From the NCBI GenBank assembly GCA_944363565.1, contig CALVUI010000002.1:206408-270407 (forward strand): a stretch of 64,000 bases of DNA. The letters run 5' to 3'. The notes beneath the pieces were generated by a model. That model ran no database searches. It had not been told where the DNA came from and saw only the letters and a list, made by a program, of their open reading frames with translations. Shown piece after piece: positions 17,987 to 27,700 of the stretch (position 1 is the first letter of the stretch; each line of letters starts with the position of its first letter). Position numbers and translations under genes: made by a program. This DNA comes from an uncultured Bacilli bacterium (GTDB lineage: Bacteria > Bacillota_I > Bacilli_A > RFN20 > CAG-826).

Positions 17987-18477
17987 TCGTCTTTGCCCTC
18001 TTCGTTATAGGTTTCTAGGCCCTTGATGGCGTTGGCCCTCAGTTGGTTGCAGACCCGGACGTAGGTCTCAAGGTCTTCCTTGCTGATCCCCTGGGTCAAA
18101 AACTCATGGGCTTCATAGAGGACCCGGTGGTTGGTCTTGATGGCCTCGACGCCCTTAGGCAAAATCCCGAAGCTTTTGCGACGGCGATCGGTCGGATCGA
18201 CGAAGCATTCGATCATCTTCTTGCGGCCCAGGGAGGAAAGACACTCGGAAATGGTTCCCTTCGAGGCCTTGGCCTTGCTCTGCAAGAAGGAGAACGGGAT
18301 CCCGTTTTCGCGTTCGTTCTCGTAGATGAAACGAAGGAGATAGGATTCGGGGGGAGTCAAATCGCAATCATTTCTCCGCATCGCCGCGTCAAGATAGCTT
18401 TTGACGCCGTAATGGGTTTTGGCCACGTAGAAGGCCAAGACCGTTTCCTTTGGCATTTGTGTTTCCATGACGTTCAC
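17983..18477 (-). CDS. MarR-family transcriptional regulator
   Basis: 164 aa winged-HTH (GISKEDLETYVRVCNQL / SECLSSLGRKKMIECFVDPTDRRRKSF); first gene of the ABC exporter operon. Confidence 0.75.
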   Translation of the reverse strand: MNVMETQMPKETVLAFYVAKTHYGVKSYLDAAMRRNDCDLTPPESYLLRFIYENERENGIPFSFLQSKAKASKGTISECLSSLGRKKMIECFVDPTDRRRKSFGILPKGVEAIKTNHRVLYEAHEFLTQGISKEDLETYVRVCNQLRANAIKGLETYNEEGKDE

Positions 18478-18572
18478 TCTTTCTATGTTTGTGCCCGAAC
18501 ATTTTAGGAATATAGCCCCGCCATCACAAGGGCATGAAAACGCTTTCCTCCTTAATTCTTCTTATATGGGGC

Positions 18573-19553
18573 TTAAGCCCCAAGGCGTTTACGCAAGCCA
18601 GAAAGGAGAAGATAGATGTCCTCCATGGAGGAGGTTCCGGTCGCGATGTCGTTACGGATCTTCTTGTAGCCTTTGAAGCCCTTGAAGAAGTGGGGGAGGA
18701 TGTTCCTAAGCTTCAAAGAAGCGACCTTGGACCCGGCTTCTTCTTCCAAGAGATGGCAGTACTTTTCGGCGTATTCCAGCTGTTCCAACAAACCCGGTTC
18801 CGGGAGGGGTTCTTCTCTATTGATCGCCCGGTTGATGTCGCGGATCAAAGTGGGGCGCCCGACCGCCCCGCGGGCCACCATGACAAAAGAGGCCCCAGAG
18901 ATCTCCATGGCCTTTAGGGCCGCTTCGGGGGAGAAGATGTCCCCGGAGACGATGAGGGGGATGGAGAGGCTTTTGCCTAAATCCCTAATGGCCTCATAAT
19001 CGGCCTCCCCGGCGTAGAACTGGACCTTGGTCCGGGCGTGGACGGCGAGGGCCTTCACCCCGGCTTTTTCCAAAAGGGAAGAGACCTCGAAGACATTGAT
19101 GCTTTTCTCATCGATTCCGAGGCGGATCTTCGCGGTCACCGGTTTATGGGAAACGGAGACGATACCCCTTACGTATTCATAAAGTTCCTGGGGGTGGGCC
19201 AACCAGGCCGAACCGGCCCCGGTCTTGGTGACTTTGTGGACCGGGCAACCGAAATTGAGATCCAAAATCTCGTAGTCCCCCTTTTCCTCCATGATGGCGA
19301 TGGCCTTCTTGGAGGTTTCCAAATCGCTTCCGAAGAGCTGGAGGGCCAGGGGATGGTCGTCCTTGGCGGTCGAGAGGTAATCAATGGTCCGAGCATTCCC
19401 ATAGGCCAGACCGCAGTCGCTGATCATTTCCGAGACGGCCAAGCCAACCCCGAAGGGGCGGTAGAAGCGGCGGTAGGCCAAATCGGTGATCCCGGCCATC
19501 GGGCCGAGGACCACCGGGGTTGGGATTTCGATACCGCCGATCCTTAGGGACAT
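18573..19553 (-). CDS. dus: tRNA-dihydrouridine synthase (Dus, TIM barrel FMN enzyme)
   Basis: VLGPMAGITDLAYRRF...LNFGCPV motifs; start taken at MSLRIGG (19553), since the longer table ORF has a low-complexity N-extension. Confidence 0.85.
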   Translation of the reverse strand: MSLRIGGIEIPTPVVLGPMAGITDLAYRRFYRPFGVGLAVSEMISDCGLAYGNARTIDYLSTAKDDHPLALQLFGSDLETSKKAIAIMEEKGDYEILDLNFGCPVHKVTKTGAGSAWLAHPQELYEYVRGIVSVSHKPVTAKIRLGIDEKSINVFEVSSLLEKAGVKALAVHARTKVQFYAGEADYEAIRDLGKSLSIPLIVSGDIFSPEAALKAMEISGASFVMVARGAVGRPTLIRDINRAINREEPLPEPGLLEQLEYAEKYCHLLEEEAGSKVASLKLRNILPHFFKGFKGYKKIRNDIATGTSSMEDIYLLLSGLRKRLGA

Positions 19554-19569
19554 AGGAAAAGGACGGGTT

Positions 19570-21735
19570 TTATTCCCCGTCCTCCTTTTTCGAAGAATCA
19601 GCGTCCTTTGGCTCGTCTTTGGCGGGCTTGGGTTCGCTGGCCGGTCGTTCGTCCACGCTGGCGGGAGGGACTTGTTCATGGACCTTCCCTTCCTCGGCCT
19701 TCGGGAGCTTGCCGGTCTTGATGAGGGATTCGATTTCCTCGCTGGTGATGGTTTCCTTCTCGAGCAGGGTATCGGCGATGAGCTTCACCTCGTTGCGGTG
19801 CTCGATCAGGATCCTCTTGGCCTCGAGGTGGGCGGTGTCGATGATCTGACGGACCGCCGTATCGATTTCATAGGCGACCTGGGTCGAGAAGTTCTTCTGG
19901 ACGTTGTTGTAGTCGCGGCCCAGGAAGACCGAACTCGAGTCGCGTTCGTATTGGACGGGCCCGAGGCTGGACATCCCGTATTCGGTGACCATGAGGCGGG
20001 CCAAGCGGGTGGCTTCCTCGATGTCGTTTTGGGCCCCGGTGGAAATGTCGTCGAAGAAGATTTCCTCGCTGCTACGGCCGCCCAGATACCCGGTGATGCG
20101 GGCCAAGAGTTGCTTCTTGGTAAGCAGGAAGCGGTCGCTATCGGGGGTCATGAGGACATGGCCGCCGGTCCGTCCGCGCGGGATGATGGTGATCTTCTGG
20201 ACCTTGTCACTATAGGGGAGGGTGAGGCCGATGACGGCGTGCCCGGCCTCGTGGTAGGCCACTTGCTTCCGTTCTTCCTCGCTCATGCCCTTGCCGGACT
20301 TGGCGGGACCGGCGATCCGCCTGTCGATGGCTTCGTCGATGTCGTCGAGGCCGATGCAGGGCTTGTTGCCCCTGACGGCCAAGATGGCAGCGTCATTTAA
20401 AATGGATTCGATATCGGCACCGGAGAAACCGACGGTCCTCTTGGCCAAGGCCCCGAAGTCAACGCTCGGGTCGATGGTCTTGCCCCGGGCATGGACCTTG
20501 AAGATGGCCTCGCGGCCGGCCTTGTCGGGGAGGTTGACGGTGATGGTGCGGTCGAAACGCCCGGCCCGCATGAGGGCGGGGTCGAGGACGTCTTCCCGGT
20601 TGGTGGCGGCGATGACGAGGATCCCTTTGTTGGACTCGAAGCCGTCCATTTCCACCAGGAGTTGGTTGAGGGTCTGTTCGCGTTCGTCGTTGCCACCGCC
20701 CAGACCAGCGCCACGCTGACGGCCGACGGCGTCGATTTCGTCGATGAAGATGAGGCAGGGGGCGGTCTGTTTGGCCTTGCGGAAAAGGTCACGGACCCGG
20801 CCGGCGCCGACGCCGACGAACATTTCCACGAAGTCGGAACCGGAGATCGAATAGAAGGGGACCCCGGCTTCCCCGGCCACGGCCTTGGCCAGCAAGGTCT
20901 TACCGGTACCCGGGGGACCGATCAAGAGGACGCCCTTGGGCAGACGGGCTCCGAATTTCGAGAATTTCTGGGGATCCTTGAGGTATTCGACGAGTTCGAC
21001 CATCTCGGCCTTTTCCTCGTCGCAGCCGGCGACGTCGTCGAAACGGACCTTGGACTTATCCTCACGGCGGGCCGGGGACTTGTTGAAATCCATGGCCTGG
21101 CGGTTGGCCCCGCCGGCCGAATTGAAGGCCCGGAAGAGGAAGAAGATCATGAGGCCCATGATGGCGATCCAAAGGATGGTCGGACCCCAGGCTTCCCACC
21201 AGGAGGTTTCGTAGGCACTTCTGACGGTGAAGGCGCCGTTGTCGGCAAGCTTGGGGAAGGCCTCCTTCCATTCGGCGATCTTTCCTTCGAAGAGGGTGGA
21301 GTAGCTGTAATGGTAGAGGACGTTATCGCTTACGTAATAAAGGTTGGGGTCGGGATTGAGGCCATCCACGGCTTCGCCGACCGCCCATTCCTCGTTCCAG
21401 CGGTTGGTCGGGATGGTGACGGTGAAGGTGGTGACGGCGAATTCCTTGTTCTCTTCCGCGGCGTTGGGATTGCGGTCATCGGCGAAGTTCCCGGTGACGT
21501 TGACCACTTCACCGCCGATCGAGGCCTCGGCCTTGTAGACATAGTGGAGACCGGTATGGGGCGCTTGGGAATTCGCGGCAAAGAAGGCCGCGTCCAATTG
21601 GTCGACCCGGAAGGTGGTCCCGCCGCCAAGGCTCGAAGAAACGACCCAGGCGATGATGAGAATCACGACCACTCCCATCAAGAGGTAAGGCAGGATATAG
21701 GAGAAGGTACTTCTTTTTGGATTATTGTTGTTCAT
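19570..21735 (-). CDS. ftsH: ATP-dependent zinc metalloprotease FtsH with an extended extracytoplasmic domain
   Basis: AAA module [17 protein letters not shown] zinc site; TM1 near residues 15-33 and TM2 near 185-205 (about 150 aa between); Lys/Glu/Pro-rich C-tail. Confidence 0.95.
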   Translation of the reverse strand: MNNNNPKRSTFSYILPYLLMGVVVILIIAWVVSSSLGGGTTFRVDQLDAAFFAANSQAPHTGLHYVYKAEASIGGEVVNVTGNFADDRNPNAAEENKEFAVTTFTVTIPTNRWNEEWAVGEAVDGLNPDPNLYYVSDNVLYHYSYSTLFEGKIAEWKEAFPKLADNGAFTVRSAYETSWWEAWGPTILWIAIMGLMIFFLFRAFNSAGGANRQAMDFNKSPARREDKSKVRFDDVAGCDEEKAEMVELVEYLKDPQKFSKFGARLPKGVLLIGPPGTGKTLLAKAVAGEAGVPFYSISGSDFVEMFVGVGAGRVRDLFRKAKQTAPCLIFIDEIDAVGRQRGAGLGGGNDEREQTLNQLLVEMDGFESNKGILVIAATNREDVLDPALMRAGRFDRTITVNLPDKAGREAIFKVHARGKTIDPSVDFGALAKRTVGFSGADIESILNDAAILAVRGNKPCIGLDDIDEAIDRRIAGPAKSGKGMSEEERKQVAYHEAGHAVIGLTLPYSDKVQKITIIPRGRTGGHVLMTPDSDRFLLTKKQLLARITGYLGGRSSEEIFFDDISTGAQNDIEEATRLARLMVTEYGMSSLGPVQYERDSSSVFLGRDYNNVQKNFSTQVAYEIDTAVRQIIDTAHLEAKRILIEHRNEVKLIADTLLEKETITSEEIESLIKTGKLPKAEEGKVHEQVPPASVDERPASEPKPAKDEPKDADSSKKEDGE

Positions 21736-21816
21736 CTAGGCTAACTTTCTGCTCAGGATATTAAGGCATACCGGGAGCACGCGCAATTTATATCACGCCG
21801 TGAATTAATTCAATGA

Positions 21817-23064
21817 TTATTTTTTGATGAGGGGATCGAGGTGGAGTTTGAGGACCGAGGTGTGGTATTCGACGAAGTCGTGGCGGAAGGTCGGGACATA
21901 GACGATCTTCCCGTTGCGGTCGACGAAGACCGGCCAGCGGCTGATGAATTCGGGCGGCATCTTCCAGTCGTGGAAGAGGGCCCTGACGAAGTAGAGGTAA
22001 TCCCCGATCACGTATTGGTCGGCCGGTAGGACCGTTCTGATGGTCAGGGGATAGCTATCTTCCTTGATCCCCCGGTCCTCGGCCCCCATCGAGAAGTCGA
22101 GGGTGAATTCCTTGGTTTCCAGTTTCCCGGGTTTTTCCAAGGTGTAGGAATAGGGCAGGGCCTCGGGATTGGTCCCGATGGTCAAGATGTCATATTCCTT
22201 GATCAAATAGGTCTGGCCCTTGAGGTGCATCGAGTCGAAGAGCTTGCCGTTGAGGCACATGGCCCGGATCTGTTCGATCTTCTTGGCGCTTAAGGTCGGC
22301 TCATCGGGGGAGCGGGAAACGAAGTTGATTAGGGTTTGGGCGAATTCGTCCTCGTCGAGGGCGATGATTTCCCTGATGTTCAGTTCCTGGGCTTCGCCCG
22401 CGGTCTTGTCCATGTTGAGGAAGTAGGTGTAGCGCTCGCTATTGGCGGCCGTGATCTCATCGACCATCCTTTCGCGTTCGGAGGCGTTCATCTTGTCGAC
22501 GGTTTCGCGGCGGATGGCGCTATGGGTGTGCTCCCTTTCGAAGATGGTCATGGCTTCGCTGAAGCGGACGGCGTGTTCCTTCACGTAGTCCATGACGTCG
22601 TCGAAGCTATAGGGCAAAAGGGGTCTAACGACGATCATTCCCTGATAGGTGTTGATCTCGTTGAGGCCATAGTGTTCGTCCTTGCCCTTGGATTTCTTTT
22701 GCAAGAGGTAGGCTTCGATCATGTCGTCCTGGGTATGGGGGACGAAGAGGGCGGCGGCGGCGTACTTCTCGTACATTTCGTGGAAGAAGTCATAGCGGAC
22801 CTGTCTGGCCCATTCCTGATAGGTTTCCCCTTCTTTTGCGGGGATTTTGGTGGCATCGCACACTTCGATGACGAGACCGTTTTCGGCGCAGTACTGCTTG
22901 ACCCCGACCAGGTCTTCGGCACTGGAGGGGGCTTCCTTGTAGTCGACGAAGAGGACGATCGGATGGCAATTGCGTCTCAAAAGCCAATCAAGCAAGGCCA
23001 TCGATTCGGCACTGAAAGAACAAGCGAGCAAATAATTGCGTCCCTTGATGATTTTATATTCCAT
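21817..23064 (-). CDS. tilS: tRNA(Ile)-lysidine synthetase TilS homolog with degenerate PP-loop
   Basis: TilS-like layout and HTQDD / RQVRYDFF motifs, but the SGGxDS P-loop position reads CSFSAES. Confidence 0.7.
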   Translation of the reverse strand: MEYKIIKGRNYLLACSFSAESMALLDWLLRRNCHPIVLFVDYKEAPSSAEDLVGVKQYCAENGLVIEVCDATKIPAKEGETYQEWARQVRYDFFHEMYEKYAAAALFVPHTQDDMIEAYLLQKKSKGKDEHYGLNEINTYQGMIVVRPLLPYSFDDVMDYVKEHAVRFSEAMTIFEREHTHSAIRRETVDKMNASERERMVDEITAANSERYTYFLNMDKTAGEAQELNIREIIALDEDEFAQTLINFVSRSPDEPTLSAKKIEQIRAMCLNGKLFDSMHLKGQTYLIKEYDILTIGTNPEALPYSYTLEKPGKLETKEFTLDFSMGAEDRGIKEDSYPLTIRTVLPADQYVIGDYLYFVRALFHDWKMPPEFISRWPVFVDRNGKIVYVPTFRHDFVEYHTSVLKLHLDPLIKK

Positions 23065-23347
23065 CTTGCTCCTCCTTCAGGGACCGATCTTCGAGGATTT
23101 CGTACATGGTCCCGGCTTCTTCTTTATTCGCGAACGGGCGGACGGATAGGACCTTGGCCCGGACGTAGCGCCGTCCCATCGTCAAGCCGATGATCTGACC
23201 TTCGGTCAGTTCGGCGCTGGGCTTAACGGCCTTTCCGTCGATGGTGACCAAAGAGGCTTCGCAAAGGGCCCTCGCGGTTTCCCGCCTTTTGGTCAGACGG
23301 CTGACCTTGAGATACTTGTCGATCCGCACGCCGTAATGGTAACACAA
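23054..23347 (-). CDS. S4-domain RNA-binding protein (YabO/Hsp15-like)
   Basis: RIDKYLKVSRLTKRRETARALCEASLVTIDGKAVKPS is an S4 fold; lies upstream of tilS as in Bacillus yabO-tilS. Confidence 0.7.
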   Translation of the reverse strand: MCYHYGVRIDKYLKVSRLTKRRETARALCEASLVTIDGKAVKPSAELTEGQIIGLTMGRRYVRAKVLSVRPFANKEEAGTMYEILEDRSLKEEQDGI

Positions 23348-23403
23348 AGGGGAATGTTTCTAGTGCCCTTTGCTCAAGGTTCTTTCCGTTTTATACGGAA
23401 ACC

Positions 23404-24285
23404 CTATTTCATTTTGGTCAGGCGGCGGTACTCCTCGGGAGAAAAGCCGGTGGCCTTCTTGAACATGTGGTAGAGGGAACGATACTCACTGAGACCGACC
23501 TTGTCGGCGATTTCCTTGAGCGACATGTCGGTGGAAATGAGCAACTCTTCGCTTCTTAGTAGGCGCAGGTAGAAGAGATAATCCTGGATCGTCATGTTCA
23601 TCTGGGCTTTGAAGAGGCGTTCGAGGTGGTTTTTGCTATAGGTCGTCTTCGAAAGGACGTCCTTCAAAGTCAAAGGCTTATCGAAGTTGTCCTTGATGAA
23701 GGCCACGACGTCGTCGACCGCCGGATTGAAGGACTGACGGGCTCTGTTGTCCGCCTCCTCGGCAATCCCGATCATCATCGAATAAAGGATTTGGGAGATC
23801 GAATAGTCATCGCCTTCCCTTTGGTCCTCGAGCTTGGCCAAGACGGCATCGAGGGGCGGGACGATCTTCTGACGGGCGATGCCGCGCATGATGAAGCCCT
23901 GCTTGGCGACAATCGATTGGTAGAGCTTGCTGACGATGTCGTTGTCGAAGATGTGGATGCAGTAGAATTCCCAGGGTTCGCCCGGGGAGGGTCTGAGGAT
24001 GTGGTGGAGGTAGTTATGGATCAAGATGAAATCCCCGGGGAAGACGGTTTGGTCGTTGTTGCCGACCTTGAAGACCCCGGAACCCGAGATGGTGTAATTC
24101 AGCATGTAGGTGTTGCCGAACTCGACCTCGTTGAAATACTTGGGCCCGACGATCTGGTGCCCGACCAGTTGGGGATAGATCAAAAAGGGCTTGGAATGGC
24201 TCGGGTTGTAGTTATAAAGGGTGTAACTGCCCTTTAAAAAGTCGTCGTTGAACTTTGCTTTTACTCCCATGGTGCTAACTTGCAT
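23404..24285 (-). CDS. AraC-family transcriptional regulator (N-terminal cupin-like sensor + C-terminal double HTH)
   Basis: C-terminal LTLKDVLSKTTYSKNHLERLFKAQMNMTIQDYLFYLRLLRSEELL...EIADKVGLSEYRSLYHMFKKATGFSPEEYR; divergent from the GH2 gene. Confidence 0.85.
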   Translation of the reverse strand: MQVSTMGVKAKFNDDFLKGSYTLYNYNPSHSKPFLIYPQLVGHQIVGPKYFNEVEFGNTYMLNYTISGSGVFKVGNNDQTVFPGDFILIHNYLHHILRPSPGEPWEFYCIHIFDNDIVSKLYQSIVAKQGFIMRGIARQKIVPPLDAVLAKLEDQREGDDYSISQILYSMMIGIAEEADNRARQSFNPAVDDVVAFIKDNFDKPLTLKDVLSKTTYSKNHLERLFKAQMNMTIQDYLFYLRLLRSEELLISTDMSLKEIADKVGLSEYRSLYHMFKKATGFSPEEYRRLTKMK

Positions 24286-24344
24286 ATATTGCCACGCTCT
24301 ATGGGGACGGGAAACTATTTAGTCCGTTTAAAATTAAGCTGTCT

Positions 24345-26123
24345 ATGGAAAACATCCGCCACGTGGAGGGTTTTGACCCCCGATATCCCCGTCCTTCCTT
24401 TGCCCGCAAGGATTACCGTCTCCTCGATGGGATTTGGGGCTTCGCCTACGATGACGAAGACCAGGGCCTCAGGAAGAAGTGGTACCGCAACGCCCCGGAG
24501 AACAAACTCCAAATCCGGGTCCCCTACGTCTACCAATCCGAGAAATCCGGGATCGGTAACCCCGAGCACCACCGGGTGGTCTGGTATTTCCTCAAAACCG
24601 AGATCAAGAAAAAGGCCCAAAGGAACGTCCTTTTGAACTTCGGGGCCGTCGACGATAGCTGCATGGTCTTCATCAACGGCCATCTGGTCGGGACCCACGA
24701 GGGGGGCTATAACGCCTTCGCCTTCGACATAACCGATGCCCTCAAGAACAGCGGGATGACGGAGATCGCCATCCGGGTCGAGGACGACCTATCGACCGAC
24801 AAGCCGCGGGGCAAGCAGTCCTGGCGCGACAAGCCCTGGGGCTGCTGGTACGTCCCCTATACCGGGATCTACCGTTCGGTTTACCTCGAATACGCCCCCG
24901 CCACCCGCTTGAAAAGCGTCCGCTTCAAGGCCGCCGAAGGGAAAGATTACGCCGAGATGGCCTACGAAATCGAGAATCCCTGCCCCGAGATGGAACTCGA
25001 GGCCATCGTGACTTTCAAAGGCCAATACATCAGCCGCTTGACCATCGAAAACCCCCGCAAATCCGGGGTGGCCGCCATCGATATCAGGACCGAGATCGGC
25101 AGCGATTTCGGGCGCGGCCTCTGGTCCCCGGATTCGCCCGACCTCTATGAGGTGAAGCTTTTGCTCTCTTCCAAAAACGGGATCGATGAGGTGACTTCCT
25201 ACTTCGGCCTCCGTTTCTTCAGGGCGGTCAAGGACTCCTTTGTTTTGAACCGCAACCCCATCTATCTGAAGATGGTCATGGACCAGGGCTTCTTCAAGGA
25301 AAGCGGGCCGACCTATCAGAGCTTCGAAGACATCATGCGCGAGGTCAAGCTCATCAAGCAGATGGGCTTCAACGGGGTCAGGATGCACCAGAAGATCGAA
25401 GACGACCGCTTCTATTATTGCTGCGACATCGTCGGCCTCCTCTGCACCTTGGAAATGCCTTCCCCCTATAGCTATTCCCAAAATACCGTGAAACGGGTGA
25501 CCAAAGAATGGACCGAGGCCTTGCTTAGCAACTACAACCATCCTTCGATCGTCATGTACATGCCCCTCAACGAATCCTGGGGCGTCCCCGACATCACCCA
25601 TGACGCCGGGCAGCAAAGCTTTGCCTGCTCCCTCTACCACGTGAGCAAAGCCCTCGACGATAGTCGCCTATGCATCAGCAACGACGGCTGGGAGCACGTC
25701 CTAACCGACGTCATCACCCTCCATAACTACGACCAGGAACCCAGTAGCCTCAAGGACTTCTACGCCGACATGGACCGGGTCTTGGACAATCTCGGGCAAC
25801 CCAAATACACGCAAAGCCGCCTTGTCTTCTCCAACGGTTACCATTATGAAGGCCAACCCATCTTCATCGACGAGTTCGGGGGCATCGGCTTCAATGCCTC
25901 GAAGCAGGGTTGGGGCTATGGCCTCGTGAGCGACGGGAATACCTTCGAAGAACGGTTCAAGGGTCTGATTGATGCCATTAGGAGCAACAAACGGATCGCC
26001 GGTTATTGCTGGACCCAATTGACCGATACCTACAGCGAGCAAAACGGTCTGCTCGACGAAAACAGAAAACCGAAGATTCCCCTCGAAGACATATCTAAAA
26101 TAATTAACGGTGAAGATCACTAA
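24345..26123 (+). CDS. glycoside hydrolase family 2 enzyme (beta-glucuronidase / beta-galactosidase / beta-mannosidase-like)
   Basis: GH2 sugar-binding domain (NGHLVGTHEGGYNAFAFDITD), TIM-barrel with NESWG acid/base region; 592 aa. Confidence 0.8.
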   Translation: MENIRHVEGFDPRYPRPSFARKDYRLLDGIWGFAYDDEDQGLRKKWYRNAPENKLQIRVPYVYQSEKSGIGNPEHHRVVWYFLKTEIKKKAQRNVLLNFGAVDDSCMVFINGHLVGTHEGGYNAFAFDITDALKNSGMTEIAIRVEDDLSTDKPRGKQSWRDKPWGCWYVPYTGIYRSVYLEYAPATRLKSVRFKAAEGKDYAEMAYEIENPCPEMELEAIVTFKGQYISRLTIENPRKSGVAAIDIRTEIGSDFGRGLWSPDSPDLYEVKLLLSSKNGIDEVTSYFGLRFFRAVKDSFVLNRNPIYLKMVMDQGFFKESGPTYQSFEDIMREVKLIKQMGFNGVRMHQKIEDDRFYYCCDIVGLLCTLEMPSPYSYSQNTVKRVTKEWTEALLSNYNHPSIVMYMPLNESWGVPDITHDAGQQSFACSLYHVSKALDDSRLCISNDGWEHVLTDVITLHNYDQEPSSLKDFYADMDRVLDNLGQPKYTQSRLVFSNGYHYEGQPIFIDEFGGIGFNASKQGWGYGLVSDGNTFEERFKGLIDAIRSNKRIAGYCWTQLTDTYSEQNGLLDENRKPKIPLEDISKIINGEDH

Positions 26124-26976
26124 AGCCAAGGAACTAGGCCTCCCGATTTCTAGAAGGGGCGTTTTGGCCTTGGCTTTGACCTACCACAAACTACCCCTCT
26201 TCAAATTGTCACTTCTGGCCTTCCTCTTTTTCTCGCCGGTCCTGGCCTATTTTGCCTACCACCTGATCGCCGAAGGAGCCATCATGCTCCAGTATCAAGG
26301 GGAGGCGACGGCCCAATGGACGGAACTGCTTTCCTTCCGCCGCTGGTCGTATCTTGCCATCATTCCCACTTATCTCTTGGCCGCGGTTTACCTTTCGGGG
26401 GCCATCCGGGTCTACCGCCGCTTCGCCTTCGGGGAAGGCTACATCCTCAAGGACGACTTCCTCGAGGGGATCAAAGACAACTGGAAGGGGAACCTCCTAA
26501 GCGGCCTCTTCTTCGGGGTTCTTTCATATCTCTCCTATTTCCTCATTTCCCTCTTCTCGAGCCCCGAGGCCCTTTTCCTCCATTACGGCCTCCTCATCGT
26601 CTACTTCGTCCTCCTGATGTTCTTCTCGGTGGCCTTCTTCCTTACCGTTTGCCTGAGGGATATCTACACCAATACCTTCTTCGGCTACATCAAAGGGGCG
26701 GTTTCTTTATTCATTGCCTATCTTCCTTCATCCGCCCTCATCTATTTGATGTTGGTTTTGCCTCTCGCTCTCTTTATTTTCCTAAGCGGCGTCATCCCGA
26801 CCGGCTTCTGTCTAATTGCCTACTTTATTCTCGTCCTCCTCTATGCCTTCTTCGGCTATTCATTGGCCTATCTATCCGCTTTCCTCCTCTACGCTAGAGC
26901 GGCCGACGAAGCCATCAACAAGACCCAATTCCCTTCCGAATACCGCAAGGGCCTATACAAAGGTGACAACCCGTGA
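26110..26976 (+). CDS. polytopic membrane protein, DUF624/YesL-like
   Basis: 288 aa, 6 or more TM helices; overlaps GH2 by 14 nt and the ABC ATPase by 4 nt. Confidence 0.55.
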   Translation: MKITKAKELGLPISRRGVLALALTYHKLPLFKLSLLAFLFFSPVLAYFAYHLIAEGAIMLQYQGEATAQWTELLSFRRWSYLAIIPTYLLAAVYLSGAIRVYRRFAFGEGYILKDDFLEGIKDNWKGNLLSGLFFGVLSYLSYFLISLFSSPEALFLHYGLLIVYFVLLMFFSVAFFLTVCLRDIYTNTFFGYIKGAVSLFIAYLPSSALIYLMLVLPLALFIFLSGVIPTGFCLIAYFILVLLYAFFGYSLAYLSAFLLYARAADEAINKTQFPSEYRKGLYKGDNP

Positions 26977-27641
26977 GTGACTACGTCTTAAAGGATCTAT
27001 CCTTCTCCTATCCGCCCAAGAAGAAGGGCGAAACCCCAACCAAGGTTTTCGAAAACCTATCCCTAACCTTCGACCAAGGGGAATTCATCTTCCTCGAGGG
27101 GAGTTCGGGCTCCGGGAAAACAACTCTTCTCCGTCTTCTGGCCGGACTCTTGGATCCCGATAATGGGACCTTCATGAACAAAGGCGAAAACCTCTTCGAA
27201 TTCAAAACCCAATCCCGGGACCTCGGTTATTGCTTCCAAGAAGCCTTCCTTTATCCCTTCGCCACGGTCTACGGGAACATCTACATGGCCCTCAATGGTT
27301 TCGGATTATCTCGTCTCGAGAAGGACAAACTCATAAAGGAGATCATCAAGGACACCGATCTCTTGCCCCTCCTCAACTACAAGCCCAAACAACTAAGCGG
27401 CGGCCAAGCCAAGACCGTGGCCCTCTGCCGGGCCCTCATCAGAAAGCCCTCCTTGCTCCTGGCCGACGAGCCTTTCGCCGGGACCGACGAACGGCTGAAA
27501 GATCGGTTACGGCAAAAGATGTTCAGGATCTGCAAGGATAACCACACTTCCGTCATCTACGTCAGCCACGACATCAAGGAGAGCTTGGGTTTTGATTCCC
27601 GTTACCGCCTCGAAGACGGAAACCTCATCAAAATCATCTAA
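26973..27641 (+). CDS. stand-alone ABC transporter ATP-binding protein
   Basis: Walker A GSSGSGKTTLL, signature LSGGQAKT, Walker B LLLADEP, H-loop VSHD; 222 aa. Confidence 0.85.
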   Translation: MSDYVLKDLSFSYPPKKKGETPTKVFENLSLTFDQGEFIFLEGSSGSGKTTLLRLLAGLLDPDNGTFMNKGENLFEFKTQSRDLGYCFQEAFLYPFATVYGNIYMALNGFGLSRLEKDKLIKEIIKDTDLLPLLNYKPKQLSGGQAKTVALCRALIRKPSLLLADEPFAGTDERLKDRLRQKMFRICKDNHTSVIYVSHDIKESLGFDSRYRLEDGNLIKII

Positions 27642-27653
27642 TAAGACCAAGAG

Positions 27654-27680
27654 AAAACGGGACCGCGATGGTCCCGTTTT
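27654..27680. terminator. bidirectional rho-independent terminator (convergent ABC ATPase / lipoprotein genes)
   Basis: Perfect 11-bp stem AAAACGGGACC-GCGAT-GGTCCCGTTTT with A/T runs on both sides. Confidence 0.8.
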
Positions 27681-27700
27681 CCGTAGGAGGATGATGGGCG

